Positions 1 to 11,900 of a stretch of DNA of 64,000 bases are shown piece by piece. A program made the position numbers and the translations under genes. Source of the DNA: an uncultured Verrucomicrobiae bacterium (GTDB taxonomy: Bacteria; Verrucomicrobiota; Verrucomicrobiia; Palsa-1439); assembly GCA_963812605.1 (NCBI GenBank), contig CAWEWF010000004.1, positions 320,001-384,000 of the forward strand, in the 5' to 3' direction. The number at the start of each line of letters is the position of its first letter. Position 1 is the stretch's first letter. The notes under the pieces were generated by a model. The model had not been told where the DNA came from. It did no database searches and was given only the letters and a program-made list of their open reading frames with translations.

Positions 1-1
1 G

Positions 2-1147
2 GAGCGCGTTCAGCAAGGTGGCGCAATTCGTGTCCGAGGAGAACCCGTGCGTAAACCAGAAGCGGGAGGTTCGCGTAACCACCTGGGAACTCGCGATGCT
101 GGCCAGCGACACATTCAGGGCGTCCAGCACTGCCCCAATGGGATTAGCGATGGCATTACCGGTAGAATCCCCAGCGAAGAGGAGCGCCACCGCATTATTG
201 TTGGCATCGACAATGGGTGAGCCGGAATCCCCGGCCGCCGCAAACGCGGGCGCGGTTCCGGTCGGCGAAACCACGATCTGGTTGGTGAACGTCGCCATCA
301 CGCAGGTGGCGCCGTCGTACATGACTGTAATTGTAACGTTGATCGCGCTGACGGTCCCTTCCGTGCAAAAGGTAGTCCGTCCGTTCTTCTGAACGGCTTG
401 GCCCACGAAAGCCGGCACCACATTGTTCACCTGCGGGCCCAGATTAAGAATGTCGGATGACACCTCCGCGTCGGAACTCAGCACGAAACCGCAGTCCACC
501 AGGTTATTACCACCCCCGAAAGAGATCGGGACGTCGCGGCTCAAGATGCCGATGTTTTGATCGGCAGTGCACGACGCATCAAGCAGACCCGGTTGATACA
601 ACGGGGTCCCAATGGGGGCCGCGCCAGGACACGCATTCGAACCAATACTAACGACATGGGCATTGCCAATCCAACCAATCGCTCCCGTAGCATTATCGCG
701 GACTTTGTACCCAATCGTGCCAGCGGCACAAAGAAGTGGATCACTTGTAGAAACCCCCAGCGGCACCGGAAGCGGGTAGGCAATCTGCGGGTTGCTCCCG
801 CCGCAAGCGAAAGCGTGAATTGCTCCCGTGACACGGATACTCACGGGCAAATCATCCAAGACAGGAGGCAATTCTGCAGCCCGATTCGTACCATCGACCA
901 GAACCGTAATCGCCAGGCTGCCATTCGTCTCGCCAATGCCGACTCCAAACACGCCATCACTTGCCAAAAGGGCCGATTGGTTGGCGGTCTGGACGGCAAC
1001 CGCATGGGCCAACTGGGCGCCCGTATAGAAGGGTCTCTCCGACTGCGCGTAGGAGTCCGTTTCGCGAATACCCAAGACCGCTGTGACCACACAAATAGCC
1101 ACCGTCATCTGTGCGCGCAATCGTCTCATAACCTTAGGGCCATTCAT
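2..1147 (-). CDS. Secreted Nal1-like/chymotrypsin-fold (S1) serine protease, runs off window edge
   Basis: Not in the ORF track because it has no stop in the window. Manual translation gives MNGPKVMRRLRAQMTVAICVVTAVLG...GNAHVV...NLVDCGF...AAAGDSGSPIV...LLFAG, a His/Asp/Ser triad in trypsin order with GDSGS. Alternative start at 1129. Confidence 0.8.
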   Translation of the reverse strand, partial: MNGPKVMRRLRAQMTVAICVVTAVLGIRETDSYAQSERPFYTGAQLAHAVAVQTANQSALLASDGVFGVGIGETNGSLAITVLVDGTNRAAELPPVLDDLPVSIRVTGAIHAFACGGSNPQIAYPLPVPLGVSTSDPLLCAAGTIGYKVRDNATGAIGWIGNAHVVSIGSNACPGAAPIGTPLYQPGLLDASCTADQNIGILSRDVPISFGGGNNLVDCGFVLSSDAEVSSDILNLGPQVNNVVPAFVGQAVQKNGRTTFCTEGTVSAINVTITVMYDGATCVMATFTNQIVVSPTGTAPAFAAAGDSGSPIVDANNNAVALLFAGDSTGNAIANPIGAVLDALNVSLASIASSQVVTRTSRFWFTHGFSSDTNCATLLNAL

Positions 1148-1253
1148 TCAAACAAAGCCACCGGCAATCGTAATGCCGACCAACATCAAAATCTGTTTCA
1201 TACATGTATCGTTGAGCCGTCACCCAACAAGACGTGCGGCCGCGCCAAGGACT

Positions 1254-4200
1254 CTACTTCGCTATCACCGTTGCTTTCACGACGTCGACCTTTGTCGGGT
1301 CGCTGACGGAAGTGAAGGTGAGCGTGAAGGTCGCCGCCGTGCCCTTTCCAACCAGGGTTTTGTCCGCGAAAACCTCGACGCGAATCATCGTGGCGTCACC
1401 GGTGGTGGCCGACGGCGCCAGCGTGTCGCTCGAAAACACGCCGGATTCGACGGCAGAAGTCACTTCCTTACTGTCGTTGGGGATGGCGCCGAGGAAGTAC
1501 TTCACCGTAAAGCCCGTGACATTGCCCACGCCCTGCACGGTGAACCGGTCGGGCGCGGAACCGACATTGCGTAGAGTCACAAAGAACCGCACGGCTTTTT
1601 TCGCGCCCGGGCGGATGCTTTGCTGGATTTCCTGCCCGGCGCCGCTGGCATTAATGATTCCATTGCCAACCATCTTTTTCGCATTCGTGTTCTTCCCGAT
1701 GGCGGCATCCGGCTGGCTCAGGCCGCCATTTCCTGTTAGCGGCAGTAGCTGGGGACCCCCGGAAACATTGTCCACGAACACCAGATTTGCCGTGCGCGGT
1801 CCGCCAGCGGTTGGGGCAAACTGCAGCGTGACGAGACAGGTGTCGCCCGTGGCGATGAAGACGCAGGTGTTCGAGATTTTGAAGAAATCCAGAGCATTGG
1901 CGCCGGTGACGGTCACGTTGCTGATCACCAAGGGAGCTGTCCCGCAGTTGGTAATGGTCACGCTCTGCACCGAACCGGTGAAACCCACGACGACATCTCC
2001 AAAGTCGATCGGGCTACTGGAGAAGCAGATGGAAGGCGCCAGCGCAACGCCGACACCTGTCAGGGCCAGCGTCGTCGGGCTTCCCGTGTCGTCCACGATC
2101 ACAAATTCGCATCCCGAGCGCCGGCCGCCTGGGGGTTAAACGTTACATTGACCGTGCAAAAACTGCCCGGGGCGATCGGCCCGCCGGTGCAATTCTGTGT
2201 CACGGTGAAGTCGTTCGACCCGAACCCGGTAACGGTCACGTTGGAAATATTCAAGTCGGCCGAACCGCAATTGGTGATCGTAATGCTTTGCACCGCGCTG
2301 GTCGTGGTGAGCAACTGGTTGCCGAAACTAAACGTATTGCTGCCGAACTCAGGCAGAGGACCGGCACCGCCGGGGTGCCAAAACCGCTTAGCGGCACGAT
2401 GCGCGGGCTGCCCGTGGCATTGTCCATGAAGATAAGGTTCGCCTGGCGCAAGCCCACGGATCCATTGGTAGTTGGTTGAGAACCCAATATTCACGCTGCA
2501 GTTCCTGCCTGACGGAAAAACACGGGCCACCCGCACAACTCTGGAGACACGATCGACGAAATCCGAGGCATTCGGAAGCCGCTAATGGTGGCGCTTGAAA
2601 TTTCAATGGGAGTGGCCGGCTGTGTTGTTTTGATAGGTTACGCTCTGCACCTGCTGGTGAGTCCGATCGGTTCACTGGGAAACACCAAGGGAACTTGGAG
2701 TGGCAACGATCGACGAAATGACGGCGTTGACATTCAGTACGAAATGGCCACCCGGCCCATTGTTATGCGGTTCCGCCACGATATAATAGTCATTGGATCC
2801 ATCAGCGGTAAATGTCAGCACCGATGAGATACCGCCGTTGGTCGAGGTCACTTCGATGAGCGCTCCGCATTCGCCCCTGACAAACACTGCTTCCGGGACG
2901 ACCTGCACTCTCCAGACGGACAACACATTGTCGAAATGCTGCCGGCCGTGCTGATCGTGAACTGCGCACCTGGCGTCGGGTTCGCGAGCCTGAAGAATTC
3001 CTCGGAGCCGCCAACGGCTGCCGAAGGACTCGGGGTGGACCCTTTGGTAGCATTCGATACGCGCTTGCATCAAGGTGTTGGTAAAGATGAACGGGAATTC
3101 CGTGATGACCACCGCTGTCCCGCATGAGTTGTTCGTCGGACAAATTGGGCATCGTCGGACCGATTGGTGGACGCCGCGTTGTAGACCACGAGCGCAAAAT
3201 CCTGACCCAGGACGCTGCCGACATTGGGCACACCCTGACCCGCGATATCGGTGGCGCGGACGACCACACTCCACACGCCAGTCTGGCCCGCTGGCAGGAA
3301 GACGCTCTCCATGTTATTGATGCTATCGGGGGTGCCGGCGTCGGGCACGGAGTTTGGCCCCGAGAAGACATTGCCCTTGTAGACATGTCCACCGATGGTG
3401 ACCTCCAAGTCCAAATCGTTGACCAGTTGCTTGCCCGCGCCCGGGACGCCCGCTGCATCCGTCCACGCCAGCGTGACGCGGAAAGGTTTGGTGGGATCGA
3501 ATATCTGTCCGCTCGACCGCGTAACTTTGGCCCGACTTGGCTGAAGAACGTCTGTTGCGGGACGGGGTTGGTCGTGATCAGCGGCGTATCGATCGCCCGT
3601 CGCGTCGATTCGTCACGAATCACGCGAGGAACCTGATCGAACATTCTCTGCAAATCCATCATGCCCATGCCTTGGGCAATCGAGGGCAACGTGTCCATAG
3701 CTCCCGTCGCCGGGTTGGTAATCGACAGGTAGCGGGCCGAATTGCAGAGGTAGGCCTTGGCCATCGCCGGGCTGGGTTGCAGCAACGGCGTGCCCAGTTC
3801 ATCCGTCAGCCGGTTTTGGAAGTACCACCACAAGAGACTGGATTCCTCCCGAAACTGCCGGCGCGGAAAAACTTGTGCCGCGAATCCCGTTGATGGGCGT
3901 CGGATTGGGTATCTGAATAACAATGCTGTTCGCTCCTGAACCGCAAAGGTAGACGTTGTTGCTATCTGACGGAATTCCCACGGGTACCGGAGTAACTTGA
4001 TTTCCCTCCAAGCCGCCGGTCCCGGCAGCGGCATTCGTCCAGAAGGTGCTGGCCACTCCGTAGATCGTCGTGTCCGGAGCGACGATCTCGGGTTTAAACC
4101 GGCCATCTTGCGTGGGGCCAAAAGCGGAGTATGGCGCGATCTCAAAGGAGTTTTCCTGAAGCAATTCCGGCTCGCAGCCGGAGCCATCCAGACGCACACT

Positions 4201-5927
4201 CGTCGTCGCTCCGACAGAAATGACATTCTTGGAGGTGGCCGGCGGCGCGAGAGTGGTGTTACCAAACCCCCCCGCATTACCGACGTTGCCCGCGTTGCCG
4301 TTCGCAAACACCATGATCATCTCCTGATTCAGGGGGAACGGCGACGGTGTGTTCGTCGATCCGGTCTGTTGCGCATCCCTGACACCGATGTCGTACGACT
4401 GGCAGGTCGCGTCGTAGAAGCCGTCGTTCTCATTCGGCGCGTTTGCGTTTCCATTTCCGAACACCAGGCCTTCGTCCCAACTGTTGTTGGAGATGCGCGC
4501 CGTAGCGCCATACTCGTTAAAGATAAGCTGCGGGAAATTTACCACGCAAAACACGTCATCGACATGGTACAGGCACGTCATTGCGTCGTCGACGATTACA
4601 TCCGGTTGGAAGACGCGCGTGGAGCCAACCAGGCCATACGGCGACACGCCCATTCCAAACTGAAATCCGCTGGGATCTTGATTCACGGTGTTAGTGTTGA
4701 AGCCGCTAATGATCGAGGCAATGGCCGTGCCGTGCCCGAAAGCCAAGGTATCTTCCCCCGCTCCGTTCATAATCTGCGCAATGCAGACCAAAGTGTTGGT
4801 GTTGGTGCCGCTGGCGCCGGTGACTTTGGCGATGTTATAAGGGCCGCAACTAAAATCGTACGTCGCGTAGAGTATGCGGAATCCGAAGCCGGGTTGAAAG
4901 AAATCAAGCGGGCGGGGACTGGCCGTGAACCCCGAGTCCGCGATATCGATAAGGGGATAGGCCAGTGGGTTGGTAAAGGCCGCGCTTCCACCTCCGACAG
5001 CGGTCGTCAAAAAGTTAAGGTAATGTTGTCCGCCCGAGGCCGGTGGCAAAGGCGCACCAATCCCTGGCCCCGGGCTATTGGTGTCGCTGGCAAGGATCAA
5101 TGCCTGGACCTCATCCATCGGCCGGATGCGATTGATGGGGTCGATCCAGAGCACTTCAGCAGCCGGGCGATTTCGCTCAACGCGGTCGCATCAATGCGAG
5201 CGCTAATCACGCGCTGATTCAGAACCCGGTTTGCGGAAGGCTCGGTTTGCCGCGCGAAGGAGCGAATAACTTCCAACGCGGCCTCGGCCTCGGGTGCATC
5301 GACGACCGCCACGCGAACATCGAGGGTGAGATCGGCGTTTTGCAGCGCCGGCGTGAGCTTGTACCACGGATGATAGGCTCCCACCCACTGACACAGCCCG
5401 GCCGGGTCGCGCAACGCCCTGACTTTCTTTTCCGCCGCGGCGTCCAGAAACACGAGATAGGCGTTGTTCGGGACGTAGTTGACGACCTTGACCCCGCTCA
5501 AACTCCCCAGCTGCGCCAGCCATTCCGGCTAACCGGTCCCTTGAATTGGACAATCCGGAGACGCCGTCCCGGGGTTTCGACCTGTTCCATGTCCGCAGGC
5601 ACCGCCGGTTCACTGCCCGACGTGTCGATCGAAGCGGCGCGCAGTTCGACATGATTGAGATTATTTGCCAGCACAACGCGGTCGCCGAACACCGCCTTCA
5701 GTTTGGCAAGGTTCTTGTCGGCGACCTCGACGACCCAGTACGAGCCGCAGTTATCCACCTTCTCAACGCCCGGCTGCTTGAGTTGATCGATGAAATCGCC
5801 GGGACCCGGGTAGACGATGACCTTGGTATTTGCCGGCATTATCGGCGAGCGCGACGGGCACAATAGATCCGAACGCGAGCCCAATCACGCCAACGAGTGA
5901 CCGGCAACGCCGTGCTGAAAATCTCAT
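1254..5927 (-). CDS. Large secreted S8 subtilase (KP-43-like) with C-terminal ASH/choice-of-anchor-D-like Ig domains; multiple frameshifts
   Basis: Contiguous fragments 5763-5948, 5498-5884, 5097-5501, 3799-5154, 2802-4307, 3070-3414, 2099-2536 and 1254-2102. Triad motifs IADSG, GHGTAIAS and GTSFSAPAVSG; oxyanion motif FANGN. C-terminal 'ITNCGxAxLxISNVTVTG...F.P...G.R.ANL' repeats. Could be a pseudogene or sequencing indels. Confidence 0.8.
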
Positions 5928-5960
5928 TCTCCAACCTCCATCAGCCATCTTTATCTTCGA

Positions 5961-8900
5961 TTATTGCTTCACGTGGAAATCGCCCGTTGACTGATCGGGC
6001 GCCGTCGCGATTTTCCAGTTTAACCGCGGGCTCTTCACCGACACCGTGCCTTTGCAGGCTTCCTGAACGACAACACCAAACTTTTGCCCATTGTTGTTTG
6101 TCGTCGGAACGCTGCCGATTTTGACGGAGCCAACTTCTGTGGCGGTGATTATACTAGCAGTAAATGTTCGCACGGTCACATTTTTAATCGCTCCACTGAC
6201 GGCGAGCGCGCTATTGGCCAGAGCGTTGATATTGATCGTGCCCAAACTGCCTCCCAACTGAATGCCCGCACCGGTCACATTGACAACCTTGCCGTTGATC
6301 GATTTAAGACCGCCGCTCCCCACGATGCTGCCGATATTCACCAATCCATCGCTGCTGCGTGAGCCGCGTTTTACCTGAATCGTGAGGCTGGTGGTGGCGT
6401 CGGTGTTCGTCAGCACGATGGAATCAATCGGGCCGGCGTCCGTGCCCCCGAGCAAGTGCACCTCCATGGTGCCGGCCCCCTTCAGCGTTACCGACACTCG
6501 ATTGGTGCTATTTCCCTCCACGTCGGCGATCGCCTGGGGGTTGGAGGCAACGGAAAAGGGCGGCGGAACGGGAACGACGATACTGGCCGCGATGGCGCTG
6601 TTGTTTCCAGCCTTTGGATCGGTTTCATTGGCGCTGACGGTCGTCGTGGCGCTGACCAAACCCAGCGTCGTGTTGGTTACGGTGTAGCTAGCGAAAGGCC
6701 GGCATCGGCGGCCAGACTGCCCACATTACAGACCAGCGTGCCTCCAACCATGACACACCCCGCCGAAGCCGAGACGAGACCCGCGCCCACAGGCAATGAA
6801 TTGCTGATTGTCACTCCGGTGGCGGAGACGGCCCGAGATTCGTCACGGTAATGCTGCACGTCAGATTGCTATCCACAATCACAGGGCTCGGGCTGAAGGA
6901 ACTGGAAACCGTGAGGTCGGCAATGCTGGTAACGCTGATCGTGCAATCGTTCTGACCGACATTGCCGCCGTGGTCGGTTGCCGTAACCGTGAAGCTGAAT
7001 GTCCCGGCCGCAGTGGGGACGCCGGTAAGTGTCCCCGCGCCCAACAAAGTCAAACTCACGGGTAACGAACCCGCCGAGTTCGTAAAGCTCTAAGGCGCCG
7101 TGCCGCCACTCGCGGTGATGACGCCATCGTAACTCCGACCCACCGCGGCGGCGGGGAGGTTTGACGGGCTCACCGTGATCGTAGGCGGCGGCGGGAACGG
7201 ATCGGCAAGGGTCAGCGTATAGATCTTGGTTGCCGTGCAGTTGTTCGAGTCGGTGGCCATCACAGTAAATGAGCTGCTCGACGAAGTCGGCGTCCCAGAA
7301 AGCACGCCATTACTGGAGATGGTCATGCCCGCCGGCAAGGCTCCCACCGTCTGGCTGAACGTGTATGGAGGTGTGCCTCCGGACGCGGTAAATGTCTGTG
7401 GATTGTACGCGACAAATTCCGTACCCATTGGCAGCGAATTCGGCAAAAGATTGATCGTCGGGCAACTCACAAGGACCGTGTACACCTTTTCGGCGGTGCA
7501 GCCGTTTGCATCCGTGAATCCCACTTCGAAACTGAACTGTCCAACCGTGGTGGGCGTCCCGGAAATCACGCCATTCGCGGACAGCAACAGACCCGGCGGC
7601 AGCGGTCCAATGGCCAGGAAGAACGTCAAGGGTGGCTGTCCGCCGATGGAGGTAAACGCGTTGCTGTAAACCTGACCGAGAAGAAGAGCATTCGTTATCG
7701 CGGCGGGCGCAAGCCCCAAGGTCGGACAGCTGTTGATGACAATGGTATACGCACCGCTCCCGGTGCAGCCGAATGCATCCGTAAATCCGACCACGAAATT
7801 GAATTGTCCAAGCGTTGTGGGCGTGCCGGAAACCACACCGTTGGTGCCCAGCACCAGTCCCGGCGGCAAGGAGCGGGTTTTCAAGGAGAACGTCACGGGT
7901 GGTTGTCCGCTACCGACGGTAAACGCGTTGCTGTAAATCTGACCAAGCGAGCCATTCGGCAATGCTGCGGGACTAAGCGTCAATGATGGACAACTGATTT
8001 GAAGGGTATACGGGTTGGTCCCGATGCATCCGAGCGCATCCGTGGCGGCGACTGTGAAGGTGAACACGCCGGTCGCAGTCGGCGTTCCCGAAAGGATCCC
8101 ATCCGATTGCAAAGCGAGGCCCGGCGGCAACGAACCGACCGTGTTGGTGAAGCTGTAGGGCGCGGTACCTCCAGAAGCCGTCAAAAGCTGGCTGTAGGGA
8201 AGAGCCACAGGCCCCACGGGCAGTATGCCCGGGTAATCGTGATGGGCGGACACGTAACCGTGATGGAGGCCGACAGCGTAGAGGCACAGTTATTGGAGGC
8301 CACCGCCTCCACCTGGAAGTTGAAAACTCCCAGGACCAGCGGGGTGCCGGAAACCACGCCGTTGGTGGCCAGCACCAGTCCCGGCGGGAAAGTACCGGCT
8401 ATCAAGGAGAACGTCACGGGTGGTTGTCCACCGCTGGCGGTATACGTGTTGTTGTAAACCTGACCGAGAAAAGCATTCGTCATCACGGCAGGCGCCAGCC
8501 CCAAGGACGGACAGTTGTTGACGACAATGCTATAGGTGTTGCTCCCCGTGCAGCCGAGCGAATCCGTGGCGGCGACCGTGAAGGTAAACACGCCGGTCGC
8601 GGTCGGCGTTCCCGAAAGGATCCCGCCCGATTGCAAGGTCAGGCCCGGCGGCAACGAACCGCCAGTCTTGGCAAAGCTGTAGGGCGCGGTGCCTCCCGAA
8701 GCCGTCAAGAGCTGCGGGTTGTAAGCCGCCGTCACGTGCCCCTGGGGCAGCGTGCCCGGAGTAATCGTGATGGGCGGACACGTAACCGTGATTGTGGCCG
8801 ACAGCGTGTCGACACAGTTATTGGAGGCCACCGCCTGCACCTGGAAGTTGAAAACCCCCGGGACCAGCGGCGTGCCGGAAACCGCGCCGTTGGTGGCCAG

Positions 8901-11900
8901 CACCAGTCCCGGCGGGAAGGAACCGGTTAGCAAGGAAACGTCACGGATGGTTGTCCGCCGACGGCGGTGAACGCGTTGTTGTAAACCTGACCGAGAAAAA
9001 CATTCGTCATGGCGGCAGGCCCAAGCCCCAAGGACGGACAAGTGCTGATGACAACGGTATAGGTGTTGCTCCCGTTGCAGCCGAGCGAATCCGTGGCGGT
9101 GACCGTGAAGGTAAACACGCCGGTCGTGGTCGGCGTTCCCGAAAGGATCCCACCGGATTGCAATGTCAGGCCCGGCGGCAACGAACCGGCCGAGTTGGTG
9201 AAGCTGTAGGGCGCGGTGCCTCCAGAAGCCGCCAAGAACTGCTGGTTGTAGGCCGCCGTCACGTGCCCCTGGGGCAGCGTGCCCGGAGTAATCGTGATCG
9301 GCGGACACGTAACCGTGATTGTCGCCGACAGCGTATCGGCACAATTATTGGAAGCCACCGCCTGCACCTGGAAGTTGAAAACCCCGGGGACCAGCGGCGT
9401 GCCGGAAACCACGCCGTTGGTGGCCAGCACCAGTCCCGGCGGGAAGGAACCGGCTTTCAAGGAGAACGCCACCAGTGGTGCCCGCCGCCGGCGGTATACG
9501 CGTTGCTGTAAACCTGACCGAGAAAAGCATTCGTCATCACGGCTGGGCCCAGCCCCAGGGACGGACAGTTGTTGACGACAATGATATACGTGTTGCTCCC
9601 GGCGCAGCCGAGCGAATCCGTGGCGGTGACCGTGAAGGTGAACACGTTGGTCACGGTCGGCGTCCCCGAAAGCACCCCATCCGGTTGCAAGGTCAGGCCC
9701 GGCGGCAAGGAACCGGCAGTTTTGGCAAAGCTGTAAGGCGCGGTGCCTCCAGAAGCCGTCAAGAGCTGCGGGTTGTAAGCCACAGACAGGTGCCCCTCGG
9801 GCAGTATGCCCGGAGAAACCGCGATGGGCGGACACGTAACCGTGATTGCGGCCGACAGCGTATCGGCACAGCTATTGGAGTCCACCGCCTGTACCTGGAA
9901 GTTGAAGACCCCCAGGACTGTCGGCGTGCCGGAAACCAAGCCATTGGTGGCCAGCACCAGTCCCGTCGGCAAGGAACGGTTTTCAAGGAGAACGTGATGG
10001 GTGGTTGTCCGCCGGCGGTAAACGCGTTGCTGTAGACCTGACCGACAAAACCGTTCGTCATCACGGCGGGCGCCAGCCCAAAGGACGGACAATGGTCGAT
10101 GACAATCGTATAGGCGTTGCTCGCGGCGCAGCCGAGCGCATCCGTGGCGGTGACCGTGAAGGTGAACGCGCCGGTCGTGGTCGGCGTTCCCAAAATCCTC
10201 CCGTCCGATTGGAAGGTCAGGCCCGGCGGCAACGAACCGGCGGGGTTGCTAAAGCTGAAGGGGCTGGCCCCGTCGATGACGGAGAACTGCGCGGTATACT
10301 CGATATTGGAATAACCGGGCGGAAGTTCCGCGGGAGACAGCGTGAGCGCGCAAGCCCTGGCGACGTTCAACACGAGATGCCCCCCGGCCCATTGTCCAGC
10401 GGCTCCGCAACAATGTAGTAATCATTCGAGCCGTCCGCAGTAAACGTTACATGCGAGTTCAATCCTTCCGTATTGGAGACGAGTTCCACCAGCGCGCCGC
10501 ATTCTCCGCGAACGAACACGGTCTGCGGGATAGCCTGGACCGTCCAGACGGACAGGAGCGTATTAAAATCACTGCCGATCGTGTCGATGGTGAATGCCGT
10601 TCCGGCCGTGGGCAGGACAATCTTGAAGAATTCATCGATACCGCCGAGCCCCGCGCTCGGGCTTGGCTGGACATTCCCGTCGAAGCCGGCGGATTTGGCG
10701 AGAGGATGTTTGAGAAGGTCGTCGGGAAGCTGGTGAGGTTGATCGCCGTCTGGCAGGAGTTGTTCGTCTTCAAATTGGGCACGTCGGACAGGGTATTCGT
10801 CGCTGCATTGTAAACGACGAGCGCGAAGTCCTGATCGTTGCCGCTACCCACGTTCGGAACGCCATCGCCGGCGATATTGGCGGCGCGCACGATGACTTGC
10901 CACGGGGCACCGGAAGTCACCGCGGCAATGCCGCCCAGCGAACCGATCGGGTTCAAGAACACACTCTGCATGTTGTTGACGGAGTCAAACGCGCCACCCG
11001 GCACCGACACGTTCTCGGCAAACACGTTGCCCTTGTACGTGACCCCGCCAATAATCACCTGTAAATCCAGGTTATTCACCAATTCTTGCGCGGCGCCCGG
11101 CGCCCCTGGGGCATCGGTCCAAGCCAACGTCACACGGAACGGCAAGCCGTTGCTGGCGATCTGGCCTGACAATTCGTAGCTCTGACCTGACTGGCTGAAG
11201 TAGGTCTGCTGCGGCTGCCGGATTCGTTGTGATCAGGGGTGAGTCAATCGCCCGCGGTGACGATTCGTCACGGATCGCCCGCCCCGCGCCATCGAACATA
11301 CGCGCCAAATCCAGTTCGCCCATGCCCTGGGCATTTGATGGCAATGTGTCCATGGCATGCGTCTGGGGATTGGTCAATGGCAGATAACGGGCCGAATTGC
11401 ACAGATAGGCTTTGGCCATCGCTGGGCTGGGCTGCAACAATGCCTGGCCCAGTTCATTGGTGAGACGATTCTGGAAATACCACCACAGGAGTTGAATGGC
11501 TCCGGAAACCACAGGCGCGGCATAGCTGCTGCCCGAATTGCATTGATACAGGCCGCCAGGGGGGACATACCTCGCGATCTCGTTGGAACAAGCAGTAAAG
11601 GGGGGACAATCAAAAAGATTCGTAATAGCACAAATGGTATTGTCGTCGTTGCCAAGATTCCCACACTCATCGCGGTTGACAAGGGGAGTGATCAGGCCCG
11701 AGGCATCGATCCCGAGCGCCAGTTCGGACGATGCGCCATAAATTGTGGTGCCGGGCGCCACAATCTCGGGCTTGAATCGCCCGTCGAGGGTCGGACCGAA
11801 CGCCGTGAACGGTGGGAGCATTAGTGAATTGTCCTGCTGGTTTTCCGGCGCGCAGCCACTGCCGTCCAGTCGCACGCTGTCGGATGAGCCGACCGTGATG

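Noticed and set aside
18-2139. Long plus-strand ORFs (18-392, 557-1306, 1234-2139) and similar antisense ORFs across the window
   Set aside because: They are shadows of real genes on the opposite strand in GC-rich DNA and carry no recognisable motifs.
7690-10270. Diversity-generating retroelement template/variable repeats
   Set aside because: No reverse transcriptase is present, and the differences between copies are not visibly adenine-specific.
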